A stretch of DNA of 64,000 nucleotides, taken from the NCBI GenBank assembly GCA_028291985.1, contig JAQGNE010000061.1, forward strand, positions 9,713 through 73,712. Reading direction: 5' to 3'. Shown here in pieces: positions 9,571-19,169 of the stretch. Below the pieces are notes generated by a model, which ran no database searches, had not been told where the DNA came from, and was given only the letters and a program-made list of their open reading frames with translations. Every line of letters begins with the position of its first letter. The first letter of the stretch is position 1. The position numbers and the translations under genes are program-made. Origin of the DNA: Polaromonas sp. (GTDB lineage Bacteria; Pseudomonadota; Gammaproteobacteria; Burkholderiales; Burkholderiaceae_C).

Positions 9571-10682
9571 GCCGCACTCCGCTGAGGGTTGAGAGGGTCG
9601 CTACGTCGCCCCGCCCTGAAAGTCCAGTTCGAGTTGCGCTTGAAAAGCCACGCTACCGCAGCGAGCAGGATGCCGCCGTGTAACGCAAGCAGAAAATGGC
9701 TGAAACTGATGAGGCCAACAAACACCCAGCTTTGACCGAGGCTGAGCAAATTGTTGTACACGACAAACGTCAGCAGCACCAGGATCATGTTTCCGCCGCG
9801 CCCGCCACGCGGGTTGACGCTGGCAAGCGCCACTGCAAGCACCACAAAATTGATGGCTGAAAAAACGAGACCCAGTCGCCATGCCAGCTCGCTCAGGTTG
9901 GCCCGATTTGGATCGCGTATCAGGCTCTGTGTGGACATCAGTTTTGCCGCAGTGAAACCAGCCGCTAGCGGTGCGGTTTCTCCGGTTTTGGCACCGTAGA
10001 CTGCAAATTCGCTGATCTTCAAGGACGGTTTTCCAGCCACGCTCTCGACCCGCTGACCGTTTTCCAGCAGCAGCACCTGGTCACGGCCGTGGGTTTCTAT
10101 GCGCCCTGAACGTGCGGTCGTGACAGAGCTTTTGCCGTTTTCATTGGACGCAATAAACACATTGGTGCTTGCCTTGTCGCCGCCGGAGGTGTCGCGGTCG
10201 ATAAAGAAAACGCGGTTGCCGCTGGAGGACTCCTGAAACTGGCCTGGTGCTATTCGATCGAGGTCACTGCGGCTTTCAAACCGCTCCCGCATATCCTGCG
10301 TTTGCTGGTTGGTCCAGGGCCATACAAAGAGCGAGAGCAATGCAATGATCAGCAGTACGGGCCAGGCAAACCGGAAGAGCGGACGCAGAAAAACGGACAG
10401 CCCCTGGCCGCAGGTGAACCAGACCACCATTTCACTGTCCCTGTACATGCGGGACAACGTACCAACCATGGCAACAAAGAGCGACAACGTGAGAATGGTA
10501 GGGAGACGCCCGAGCCCGGAGTAGGCCATGTACAAAACCACATCCTGCGGGTTGATGTAGCCCCGGGAAGCCTGGCCCAGCGCACGTATCAGCACGATGG
10601 TCATCACGATGGTTATCAAAATAACCAGGGTGGCACCGAAGCTGCGTGCCAGCTCCTTGCGTATGGAAGATTGGAATAACAT
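9567..10682 (-). CDS. lptF: LPS export permease LptF
   Basis: LSRMYRDSEMVVW, IAPGQFQES, ELAWRLG, NPRGGR; divergent from pepA (conserved synteny). Confidence 0.93.
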   Translation of the reverse strand: MLFQSSIRKELARSFGATLVILITIVMTIVLIRALGQASRGYINPQDVVLYMAYSGLGRLPTILTLSLFVAMVGTLSRMYRDSEMVVWFTCGQGLSVFLRPLFRFAWPVLLIIALLSLFVWPWTNQQTQDMRERFESRSDLDRIAPGQFQESSSGNRVFFIDRDTSGGDKASTNVFIASNENGKSSVTTARSGRIETHGRDQVLLLENGQRVESVAGKPSLKISEFAVYGAKTGETAPLAAGFTAAKLMSTQSLIRDPNRANLSELAWRLGLVFSAINFVVLAVALASVNPRGGRGGNMILVLLTFVVYNNLLSLGQSWVFVGLISFSHFLLALHGGILLAAVAWLFKRNSNWTFRAGRRSDPLNPQRSAA

Positions 10683-10764
10683 TGACTAGCGAGGAACCAC
10701 AGCGTTTACGGTTTGGATCTTCATATCGGCGTTCAAATTATTCTTGCAGGAAAAACATTCAATT

Positions 10765-12285
10765 ATGGACTTTGAGCTTAAAACATCGAGCCGTTCCCGC
10801 GTCTGCGCTGAAAAGTACGATGCGCTGATCGTGCTGGTCCCGCAGGATATGGTTGCTGGTGATGATGCGGCGTCCATGCTGGCTGCGTCTGCGGTAAGGG
10901 CTGGCGACCTTGAATGCAAGCCCGGCAAGCTGCTGACCACCTACAAGGCAGTAGGTATCTCTGCAAAACGCGTGGTGCTGGTCGGCGCTGGCGACGCCAG
11001 CCCGAAGAGTCTCCGGTCAGCCATGGCGGCAGCTGTCAACGCCTTGAAAACCGCGAATGTAAAAACGGTACTGGTTTCCCTTAATGCCCTTCATGCGGTG
11101 ACAGACCGGGTGCTGCAGGCTGCGGTAGTCGCCTGTGCCGACGCCGCCTATGCCTACAGCACCACCAAGCCAAGCAGCACCGCTTCAAAGCTTGGCAAGG
11201 TCACCTTTGCTACTTCGGACGCAGCGATGGTTCAGGCCGGGTTTGACAAGGGATTGGCGCTGGTCAAAGGCATTGAGCTTGCAAAAGAATGGGCGAATCG
11301 CCCCGCGAACTACGCCACGCCAGTGCTTTTGGCGGGCGCGGCTAAAGAATTGGGAAAGCTGCCGGGGTTGAAGGCAGAAATACTTGGCTCCAAGGAAATT
11401 GCCAAACTGGGCATGGGCGCTTTCCTGGCAGTATCAAGAGGCTCTGATGAACCGCCACGGTTCATCGTGCTTCGCTACGATGGGTGTGCCAAGGCCGAGG
11501 CGCCTGTGGTGCTGATCGGCAAGGGCATAACGTTCGACACCGGTGGCATCTCAATCAAGCCTGCTGCCGAAATGGACGAGATGAAGTTTGATATGTGCGG
11601 CGCAGCGAGTGTGTTGGGAACGTTCCGCGCGCTGGCAGACCTGAAACCTGCCATCAACGTCGTCGGCCTCATACCCGCTTGTGAAAACATGCCGGACGGG
11701 CGCTCTGTCAAACCTGGCGATGTGGTCACCAGCATGAGTGGACAAACCATCGAAATTTTGAATACCGACGCTGAGGGCCGTCTGGTGCTTTGCGACGCAT
11801 TGACTTACGCCGAACGCTTCAAACCCCGGGCCGTAGTAGACATCGCAACCCTTACCGGCGCGTGCGTCGTCGCACTGGGGGGCGTACGAAGCGGGCTTTT
11901 CGCCGGTGACGATCAACTGGGCCAGGCACTCATGGATGCGGGCGAATCGTCGCTTGACCTGTGCTGGCGCATGCCGCTGGATGATGAGTATGCCGAAGGC
12001 CTGAAAACCAATTTTGCCGACGTTGCGAATGTGGCGGGAAGAGCCGGCGGCGCGGTAACGGCAGCGAAGTTCCTGCAGCGCTTTTCGTCCAAGTTTTCAT
12101 GGGCCCACCTTGATATTGCCGGAACGGCGTGGAAGGGTGGCGCTGCAAAGGGGGCAACTGGCCGTCCGGTGCCATTGCTTGTCGACTATCTGTTGGGCCA
12201 GGCAACGATGCCAGTACCGCTCAATGTCAACGTGAAAGCCCGCGTCGCCAAGACGCGTCCGGTGCCCAAAACCAGGCAGGCATGA
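10765..12285 (+). CDS. pepA: Leucyl aminopeptidase (M17)
   Basis: GKGITFDTGG, DEMKFDMCGA, NTDAEGRL, WAHLDIAGTAW; start taken at MDFELK. Confidence 0.96.
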   Translation: MDFELKTSSRSRVCAEKYDALIVLVPQDMVAGDDAASMLAASAVRAGDLECKPGKLLTTYKAVGISAKRVVLVGAGDASPKSLRSAMAAAVNALKTANVKTVLVSLNALHAVTDRVLQAAVVACADAAYAYSTTKPSSTASKLGKVTFATSDAAMVQAGFDKGLALVKGIELAKEWANRPANYATPVLLAGAAKELGKLPGLKAEILGSKEIAKLGMGAFLAVSRGSDEPPRFIVLRYDGCAKAEAPVVLIGKGITFDTGGISIKPAAEMDEMKFDMCGAASVLGTFRALADLKPAINVVGLIPACENMPDGRSVKPGDVVTSMSGQTIEILNTDAEGRLVLCDALTYAERFKPRAVVDIATLTGACVVALGGVRSGLFAGDDQLGQALMDAGESSLDLCWRMPLDDEYAEGLKTNFADVANVAGRAGGAVTAAKFLQRFSSKFSWAHLDIAGTAWKGGAAKGATGRPVPLLVDYLLGQATMPVPLNVNVKARVAKTRPVPKTRQA

Positions 12286-12722
12286 CCGAGATAGCTTTCC
12301 ATTTCAATGTGAGCGACAAGCTGGCATACAGCTGCCGGCTGATTCGCAAAGCTTATGCGTTCGGCGTAAAAGTCCTGGTGACTGCCGAGACGCCAGATCT
12401 TGTAATGCTTGACGAGCTGCTCTGGACTTTCTCCGCTGCAGAGTTCATTCCACACGCCTTGCTGAATCGAGAGAATTCGCTTGCCGTTGCCCAGACTCCG
12501 GTACTGTTGACGCAAGCGCCGGATGCGTGCCCTCACCATCAAGTTCTTGTCAATTTAAGCCAGGGCCTGCCGGCCACATTTGAACGCTTCGAGAGATTGA
12601 TCGAGGTTGTGAGCAGTGAAAAAGAAGATCGTCTGGCTGCACGTGCGCGGTGGAAGCATTACGCTGACCGCGGCTATGTGCTGGAACGCCATGATCGCTC
12701 GGCCGCACAGGGCGCAGCATGA
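12282..12722 (+). CDS. holC: DNA polymerase III chi subunit
   Basis: MTEIAFHFN, LDELLWTF, FIPHA, FERLIEVV, ARARWKHYADRGY; ATGA overlap with pepA stop. Confidence 0.93.
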   Translation: MTEIAFHFNVSDKLAYSCRLIRKAYAFGVKVLVTAETPDLVMLDELLWTFSAAEFIPHALLNRENSLAVAQTPVLLTQAPDACPHHQVLVNLSQGLPATFERFERLIEVVSSEKEDRLAARARWKHYADRGYVLERHDRSAAQGAA

Positions 12723-13045
12723 GCAACGCATCCATCCCACCGCGCTTTGTCCCGACCTTGACCGAGGTGGTATATGCCTCCGCCCACCCTTCATCGCATC
12801 CTCAGCAGCAGGGCACCAACTCATCGGTGCTCATAGAGGCGGAGCTAGTAGAGCGGCTCATGCAGCGCGTTGACCTGGTGCTTGAAAGGCGTTTGCGCGA
12901 GGTCGTGGGTCAACTGATACTGGCACATACCCAAGCGCTGGGTCCGCAATTACGCGACGAGATTGAACTGGTTGTCAGGGAGTCCGTCCGGCAAGCGGTA
13001 TCCCAAGAGCTCGCCACAGGTCAGACGGGACTTGGCCAGGAGTGA
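12719..13045 (+). CDS. Conserved hypothetical protein downstream of holC
   Basis: PRFVPTLTEVV N-terminus, helical C-terminus; ATGA coupling to holC. Confidence 0.75.
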   Translation: MSNASIPPRFVPTLTEVVYASAHPSSHPQQQGTNSSVLIEAELVERLMQRVDLVLERRLREVVGQLILAHTQALGPQLRDEIELVVRESVRQAVSQELATGQTGLGQE

Positions 13046-13245
13046 CATGTCATCCAGGGATAGATATCGACCGGAACGGCCAGCGGCTTCATAAGCTCGT
13101 CAATTCCTCGGGTAAACGCGCTTATCCGGAATTGACCTAGGGCCGTTGCTAATGGTCTGGGCGCAGAAATTGCGTTAACTTCTCGCCGTTGAGCAAAAAA
13201 ATGATGTTCTCAACCTTTAACGGTAATTTCTAATCGGAGTGATTT

Positions 13246-14376
13246 ATGCAAATGAAATTAAAGCTGACTGTCGCAGCAGCATTGGCAACATTGGCTGGTA
13301 TGGCGTCGGCGCAAGATATGGTCGTCAAAATCGGCCACGTCGCCCCACTGTCCGGATCGCAGGCCCACTACGGGAAGGACAATGAAAACGGCGTGCGCAT
13401 GGCGATTGAAGACCTCAATGCCCAAAATGTGGTGATTGGTGGCAAGAAGGTTAAATTTGAAATCGTTGCCGAAGATGATGCCGCTGATCCAAAGCAGGGC
13501 ACTGCTGCTGCACAAAAACTGTGCGACTCCAAGGTCGCGGGCGTAGTTGGCCATTTGAATTCGGGCACTACCATTCCCGCGTCCAAGGTTTATAACGATT
13601 GCGGCATCCCGCACATCACCGGCGCCGCTACCAACCCCAACCTGACCAAGCCAGGTTACAAAACCACCTACCGCATCATTGCCAATGACAACGCCCTGGG
13701 CGCTGGTCTGGCCTTTTATGCCACTGACGCGCTGAAGCTTAAAAACGTGGCCATCATCGATGACCGCACGGCTTACGGCCAGGGCGTGGCAGATGTATTC
13801 AAGAAAACGGCTCTGTCAAAAGGCATGAAAGTGGTCGATGAGCAATTCACCACCGACAAGGCTACCGACTTCATGGCTATCCTGACTGCCGTCAAATCGA
13901 AGAACCCGGACGCTATTTTCTTCGGCGGCATGGACCCGCAAGCCGGCCCGATGCTTCGCCAGATGGAGCAGCTTGGCATGAGCAACGTCAAGTACTTCGG
14001 CGGTGACGGCATCTGCACCGCAGAGATCGCCAAGCTCGCTGCCGGCGCAAAAACCATCGGTAACGTGGTTTGCGCTGAAGGCGGTGCGTCGCTTTCGAAA
14101 ATGCCTGGCGGTGAAGCCTGGAAGAAGCGTTACGACGCCAAGTACCCCAACCAGTTCCAGGTCTACAGCCCTTACACCTACGACGCCACATTTGTTCTGG
14201 TTGACGCCATGAAGCGCGCCAATTCAACCGATCCAAAGGTCTACACCGCGGAGCTGGCCAAAACCAACCTCAAAGGCGTGACCACCACGATCGCGTTCGA
14301 ACCTACGGGCGAACTGAAAAACCCGGCCATCACCCTGTACGTGTACAAAGACGGCAAGAAGTCTCCTCTGAACTAA
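13246..14376 (+). CDS. Branched-chain amino acid ABC transporter periplasmic binding protein (LivJ/LivK family)
   Basis: Signal peptide, VKIGHVAPLSG, EDDAADPKQG, VVGHLNSGTTIPAS, DDRTAYGQG. Confidence 0.93.
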   Translation: MQMKLKLTVAAALATLAGMASAQDMVVKIGHVAPLSGSQAHYGKDNENGVRMAIEDLNAQNVVIGGKKVKFEIVAEDDAADPKQGTAAAQKLCDSKVAGVVGHLNSGTTIPASKVYNDCGIPHITGAATNPNLTKPGYKTTYRIIANDNALGAGLAFYATDALKLKNVAIIDDRTAYGQGVADVFKKTALSKGMKVVDEQFTTDKATDFMAILTAVKSKNPDAIFFGGMDPQAGPMLRQMEQLGMSNVKYFGGDGICTAEIAKLAAGAKTIGNVVCAEGGASLSKMPGGEAWKKRYDAKYPNQFQVYSPYTYDATFVLVDAMKRANSTDPKVYTAELAKTNLKGVTTTIAFEPTGELKNPAITLYVYKDGKKSPLN

Positions 14377-14402
14377 ATTCGAAACCAGTTTTCAGGTTTC
14401 AG

Positions 14403-14430
14403 AAAAGTCGCCGCAAGGCGGCTTTTTTTT
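14403..14430 (+). terminator. Intrinsic terminator of the Liv-type gene
   Basis: AGTCGCC-GCAA-GGCGGCT followed by T8. Confidence 0.88.
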
Positions 14431-14488
14431 GGGCGAAAACAGCTGCGGCCATAGCAACGAATGGCTATCGGACAAATACGTCGCCCAC

Positions 14489-14514
14489 AAAAAAGCCCAG
14501 GCATGCTGGGCTTT
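14489..14514 (-). terminator. Intrinsic terminator of tRNA-Ser
   Basis: Minus strand AAAGCCCAG-CATGC-CTGGGCTTTTTT. Confidence 0.8.
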
Positions 14515-14560
14515 CAGGAGCGCTTGCTAATGCGTGGAAACTCGCATCAACTCTACTTTT

Positions 14561-14650
14561 TGGCGGAAGAGGCGGGATTCGAACCCGCGGTAGGTTTAAC
14601 CCTACGCACGCTTTCCAGGCGTGTGACTTAAACCGCTCATCCACCCTTCC
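14561..14650 (-). tRNA. tRNA-Ser (anticodon GGA), 90 nt, CCA encoded
   Basis: GGAAGGG/CTCTTCC acceptor stem, CACGC-CTGGAAA-GCGTG anticodon arm, long variable arm, GGTTCGAATCC T-loop, 3' GCCA. Confidence 0.97.
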
Positions 14651-14662
14651 GCGAAGCCTCTG

Positions 14663-14691
14663 ATTGTATCAGTGGAGAAGGGGGTTTTCAA
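14663..14691 (-). promoter_or_regulatory. Sigma70-type promoter for tRNA-Ser
   Basis: Minus strand TTGAAA-N17-TACAAT, ending 12 nt before the tRNA 5' end. Confidence 0.75.
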
Positions 14692-14819
14692 AACAGTTGG
14701 GCAACAGGACGACGAGCGGATCAGGTAGCGGAAGACGAATTTGCAAAAACCCGTCCGGCCATTCGGACATGTCACGCGTTCGTGGTACGACGCCCGGTGC
14801 GGGGTGCTTCAGCGTGATC

Positions 14820-15194
14820 TCAGGTGGCGGGACTTCTGACGCGGTTCTCGCTGAGCTGCTCAAGCGTGACAGAGGACAGTGCTGCCGAATGGGTAGCCTC
14901 CAGCACGACGGGCGGCGCGATGCCTGCCAATAACGCTTCGCGCCAACGATTGACGCAAAGACACCAGCGATCGCCTGACTTCAGGCCCGCGAACCTGTGG
15001 TCGGGACGCGGTGTCACAAGGTCATTGCCGCGGGCTTTCGAAAACGCAAGGAAAGCGCTGGTCACGCGAACGCAGACGAGGTGTGAACCCTGATCAGACG
15101 CATCGGTATTGCAGCATCCGTCACGAAAATACCCGGTGAGTGGATCGTAGGAGCAGGGAACCAGTTCGGTACCCAAAACGTTCATGGCATCCAT
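14820..15194 (-). CDS. DUF2237 family protein
   Basis: NVLGTELVPCSYDPLTGYFRDGCC, LKSGDRWCLCVNRWREA, PPVVLEATH. Confidence 0.9.
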   Translation of the reverse strand: MDAMNVLGTELVPCSYDPLTGYFRDGCCNTDASDQGSHLVCVRVTSAFLAFSKARGNDLVTPRPDHRFAGLKSGDRWCLCVNRWREALLAGIAPPVVLEATHSAALSSVTLEQLSENRVRSPAT

Positions 15195-15221
15195 GTCTAG
15201 ACTTCTGATAGTTGATGCCTG

Positions 15222-16133
15222 TTAAACCTTGTTGGCGCCGACCATCTTCATGGCGGAACTGATGAGGGTTGAAACCTCGGTCATGTTGCTCGGCACAATC
15301 AGCGTCGTGGTCGCGTCAGCAGCAACTTTGGAGAACGCCTCGACCGCTTTTTCGGCCACTTTCAACTGCACCGCCTGTTCGCCACCGGGCTGCCGGATTG
15401 CCGATGCCACGAGCTCGATGGCCTTGGCATTGGCATCAGCTACCGCCATGATGGCAGCGGCTTCGCCCTGGGCATTGTTGATCGCAGCCAGTTTCTCGCC
15501 CTCCGAGCGTGCGATGAAAGCCTCTCTTTCGCCAGTCGCAATATTGATCTGCTCCTGCCGGCGACCTTCGGATGCCGCTATAAGGGCGCGTTTCTCGCGC
15601 TCTGCCGTGATCTGGGACTGCATGGCATGCAGGATTTCTTTCGGGGGCGTAAGGTCCTTTATCTCATAGCGCAAAACTTTGACGCCCCAGTTCAAAGCCG
15701 CCTCGTCGATTGCCGCCACCACTTGCGCGTTGATGATGTCTCGCTCCTCGAACGTCTTGTCCAGTTCAAGCTTGCCGATGACGGAACGCAGCGATGTCTG
15801 CGCCAGCTGCGTTACCGCGACGATGTAGTTTGAAGAACCGTAACTTGCACGCATGGGGTCGGTTACTTGAAAGTACAGGATGCCATCAACCTGTAGTTGG
15901 GTGTTGTCACGGGTGATGCAAACCTGGCTCGGGACATCCAGTGGAATCTCTTTCAAGCTATGTTTATAGGCAACCTTGTCGATAAACGGCACGAGGAAAT
16001 TCAGTCCGGGGGTCAGGGCGCCGTGGTACTTGCCCAGCCGTTCGACCACCCAGGCATTTTGTTGCGGAACCACCTTGACGCTTCGCACAATGAAGATAAC
16101 TGCCACCACAACAATGACAAGGGCTATTTCCAT
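15222..16133 (-). CDS. SPFH/band 7 (stomatin/QmcA-like) protein
   Basis: N-terminal TM, VVERLGKY, CITRDNTQLQVDG, AQTSLRSVIGKLELDKTFEER, AEREKRA. Confidence 0.93.
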   Translation of the reverse strand: MEIALVIVVVAVIFIVRSVKVVPQQNAWVVERLGKYHGALTPGLNFLVPFIDKVAYKHSLKEIPLDVPSQVCITRDNTQLQVDGILYFQVTDPMRASYGSSNYIVAVTQLAQTSLRSVIGKLELDKTFEERDIINAQVVAAIDEAALNWGVKVLRYEIKDLTPPKEILHAMQSQITAEREKRALIAASEGRRQEQINIATGEREAFIARSEGEKLAAINNAQGEAAAIMAVADANAKAIELVASAIRQPGGEQAVQLKVAEKAVEAFSKVAADATTTLIVPSNMTEVSTLISSAMKMVGANKV

Positions 16134-16205
16134 ACAATTTTCTCCAGTTAGTTCGGCAATGGGCGGCGCGATGTGCCTCCGCTTCGGCAGTGGCCAGATG
16201 GCCGA

Positions 16206-16637
16206 TCACAGTTTTTCGAGGATCAGGCGGTTGCCCATCATTTGCTTGATGCGGTAAGCGCCGGTGGGCTGGTATCCACCGGTCGTATCAGCCGGCAGCG
16301 CCGTCCAGTTAGCGCCGCGGTACTTCACCGTTGCCGTCCCATCGCTATTCCAGTGCCCAACCTCTATCGATTCGCCGATATCGATATGGACATCCCGATT
16401 TGCATTGGCCGGCTCTGCCTGTGGTGCCTTGGACTTGAACCAGTGCCACACGGCCACCGCGCCACCGCCCACAACCGCTGCGGTCATCAGCTGGCCGGTC
16501 AACCCCATGCCGAGATGGGCCGCTAGTGCAGCGGCCGCCATGCCGATACTCAGCATCAACAGGTAAAAGGTGCCGGTTGCCAGTTCGATGGCGACCATGA
16601 CACCTGCCGATATCCACCAAAGCGTTGATTCCGCCAT
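16206..16637 (-). CDS. NfeD family protein (SPFH partner)
   Basis: MAESTLWW...IELATGTFYLLM TM segment and C-terminal OB fold VKYRGANWTA; start set at MAEST. Confidence 0.88.
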   Translation of the reverse strand: MAESTLWWISAGVMVAIELATGTFYLLMLSIGMAAAALAAHLGMGLTGQLMTAAVVGGGAVAVWHWFKSKAPQAEPANANRDVHIDIGESIEVGHWNSDGTATVKYRGANWTALPADTTGGYQPTGAYRIKQMMGNRLILEKL

Positions 16638-16786
16638 TGAGTTTCCTTTGTCGAGCTTGTGCGACATTTTGAGGCAATTCGGCAGCCATGCCGGGGCATA
16701 ACGCATTATTTCCGTACACTTCCGACATTCTTGCAAGCCCTGCCTGCTGTTATTGATGCGCACCCGCGTGAAAGTGTCGAGCACCC

Positions 16787-19081
16787 ATGAAATTTCGCTT
16801 CCCAATCGTCATCATCGACGAAGACTTCCGCTCTGAAAATTCCTCCGGCCTGGGCATACGTGCGCTGGCGCAGGCCATCGAAACTGAAGGCTTCGAAGTG
16901 CTAGGCGTGACCAGCTACGGCGACTTGTCGCAGTTTGCGCAACAGCAAAGCCGGGCAAGCGCGTTTATTTTGTCCATCGACGACGAGGAGTTCAGCCCTG
17001 GTCCTGATCTTGACCCCGCTGTGCTCAATCTGCGCAACTTCATCGAGGAAGTGCGGCGGAAAAACCTTGACGTGCCGATTTATGTGTATGGAGAAACGAA
17101 AACTTCCCGTCATATCCCCAATGACATCCTGCGCGAACTGCACGGATTCATTCACATGTTCGAGGACACGCCGGAATTTGTGGCACGGCACATCCTGCGT
17201 GAAGCCAAAAGCTATTTGGAAGGCGTGCAGCCACCATTCTTCAAAGCCTTGCTTGACTATGCTGAGGATGGCTCATATTCGTGGCATTGCCCGGGACACT
17301 CGGGCGGCGTTGCATTCCTGAAAAGCCCTGTCGGCCAGATGTACCACCAGTTCTACGGTGAAAACATGTTGCGGGCCGACGTATGCAATGCTGTTGAAGA
17401 ACTTGGGCAATTGCTTGACCATGACGGTGCCATCGGCGCCAGTGAGCGCAATGCAGCGCGTATTTTCAATGCCGACCACTGCTTTTTTGTGACCAATGGC
17501 ACCTCTACCAGCAACAAGATGGTGTGGCATCACACGGTTGCGCCTGGCGATGTTGTCGTCGTTGACCGCAACTGCCACAAGTCGATCCTGCATGCCATCA
17601 TCATGACGGGCTCGATTCCGGTTTTTCTCAAGCCTACCCGCAACCATTTCGGCATCATCGGCCCGATTCCCCAGAGCGAATTCGAACCTGACGCCATCCG
17701 GGCAAAGATCCGGGCCAATCCGCTGCTCGCCCATGTCGATGCCGAGACCGTGATGCCTCGCGTGCTGACACTCACCCAGTCAACCTATGACGGCGTGCTG
17801 TACAACACCGAAACCATCAAGGGCATGCTCGACGGCTATGTAGACAACCTGCATTTTGATGAGGCATGGCTTCCGCATGCGGCCTTTCATCCGTTTTATG
17901 GCACCTACCATTCGATGGGAAAAAAGCGCATACGGCCGAAGGATGCGGTGGTCTATGCCACCCAGTCCATCCACAAGCTGCTGGCCGGCATCAGCCAGGC
18001 CAGCCATGTGCTGGTGCAGGACTCGCAAAACTTCAAGCTCGACAGGCACCTCTTCAACGAGGCATACCTGATGCACACCTCTACCTCGCCTCAGTACAGC
18101 ATCATCGCCAGCTGCGATGTGGCCGCCGCGATGATGGAGCCGCCCGGGGGCACCGCGCTGGTAGAAGAAAGCATTGCCGAAGCACTGGACTTTCGCCGGG
18201 CCATGCGCAAGATTGACGAGGAATACGGCACCGACTGGTGGTTCAAGGTCTGGGGTCCTGACAAGCTGGTGGAAGAGGGCATTGGAGAAGCCAAGGACTG
18301 GATCATCAAAGGCGAGTCACGCAGCGCCAAGACCGCCAAAAACGGCGCGAACAACTGGCACGGGTTCGGCCAGATGGCAACCGGATTCAACATGCTGGAC
18401 CCGATCAAGTCCACCATCGTCACGCCGGGTCTGGACCTGAATGGCAAGTTTGCCAAGTCGGGCATTCCTGCCAGCATCGTGACCAAATTTCTGGCCGAGC
18501 ATGGTGTGATCGTGGAAAAGACGGGGCTTTACAGCTTCTTCATCATGTTCACCATCGGCATCACCAAAGGCCGCTGGAACACCTTGCTGACCGGATTGCA
18601 ACAGTTCAAGGACGATTACGCCAAGAACCAGCCGATGTGGCGCATCCTGCCAGAGTTCTGCCAGAAGTTTCCCCGCTACGAGCGTATGGGCCTGGCCGAC
18701 CTTTGCCAGCATATTCATACCCTGTATGCCAAATACGACATCGCGCGCCTCACCACCGAGGTTTACCAAAGCGATCTGAAGCCGGCGATGAAACCCAGCG
18801 ATGCCTATGCCTATATCGCGCAACGCAAGACCGAAAGGGTTGAAATCGACCAGCTGGAAGGCCGCATCACGGTGGGACTGGTCACGCCTTACCCGCCTGG
18901 TATTCCGCTGCTGATTCCGGGTGAGGTTTTCAACCGAAAAATTGTTGACTACCTTAAATTTGCGCGCGAGTTCAATATGCAGTGCCCGGGTTTTGAAACC
19001 GATATTCATGGCCTTGTCGAAATGGTCGATGCCAAGGGGAAAACCCGTTACTACGCTGACTGTGTAGCCAAAGACGCGTGA
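16787..19081 (+). CDS. Orn/Lys/Arg decarboxylase (fold type I with N-terminal wing domain)
   Basis: WHCPGHSGG, FVTNGTSTSNK, DRNCHKS, HFDEAW, ATQSIHKLLAG (PLP Lys), PYPPGIP. Confidence 0.96.
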   Translation: MKFRFPIVIIDEDFRSENSSGLGIRALAQAIETEGFEVLGVTSYGDLSQFAQQQSRASAFILSIDDEEFSPGPDLDPAVLNLRNFIEEVRRKNLDVPIYVYGETKTSRHIPNDILRELHGFIHMFEDTPEFVARHILREAKSYLEGVQPPFFKALLDYAEDGSYSWHCPGHSGGVAFLKSPVGQMYHQFYGENMLRADVCNAVEELGQLLDHDGAIGASERNAARIFNADHCFFVTNGTSTSNKMVWHHTVAPGDVVVVDRNCHKSILHAIIMTGSIPVFLKPTRNHFGIIGPIPQSEFEPDAIRAKIRANPLLAHVDAETVMPRVLTLTQSTYDGVLYNTETIKGMLDGYVDNLHFDEAWLPHAAFHPFYGTYHSMGKKRIRPKDAVVYATQSIHKLLAGISQASHVLVQDSQNFKLDRHLFNEAYLMHTSTSPQYSIIASCDVAAAMMEPPGGTALVEESIAEALDFRRAMRKIDEEYGTDWWFKVWGPDKLVEEGIGEAKDWIIKGESRSAKTAKNGANNWHGFGQMATGFNMLDPIKSTIVTPGLDLNGKFAKSGIPASIVTKFLAEHGVIVEKTGLYSFFIMFTIGITKGRWNTLLTGLQQFKDDYAKNQPMWRILPEFCQKFPRYERMGLADLCQHIHTLYAKYDIARLTTEVYQSDLKPAMKPSDAYAYIAQRKTERVEIDQLEGRITVGLVTPYPPGIPLLIPGEVFNRKIVDYLKFAREFNMQCPGFETDIHGLVEMVDAKGKTRYYADCVAKDA

Positions 19082-19169
19082 CATGCCGGGCGACCGGCCG
19101 CCGTCGCCCCGTCGTTAGCGGGTTTGGCTCAACTGGCGCGCCCGACTTTCAAACCAGCCTTATGTCCGC

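Noticed and set aside
14445-14472. ATAGC...GCTAT hairpin downstream of the Liv terminator
   Set aside because: Dyad halves are in the opposite order to the element and there is no stem 1.
14669-14863. 64-aa ORF between the DUF2237 gene and tRNA-Ser
   Set aside because: Overlaps the DUF2237 3' end and the tRNA promoter; no SD or motif.
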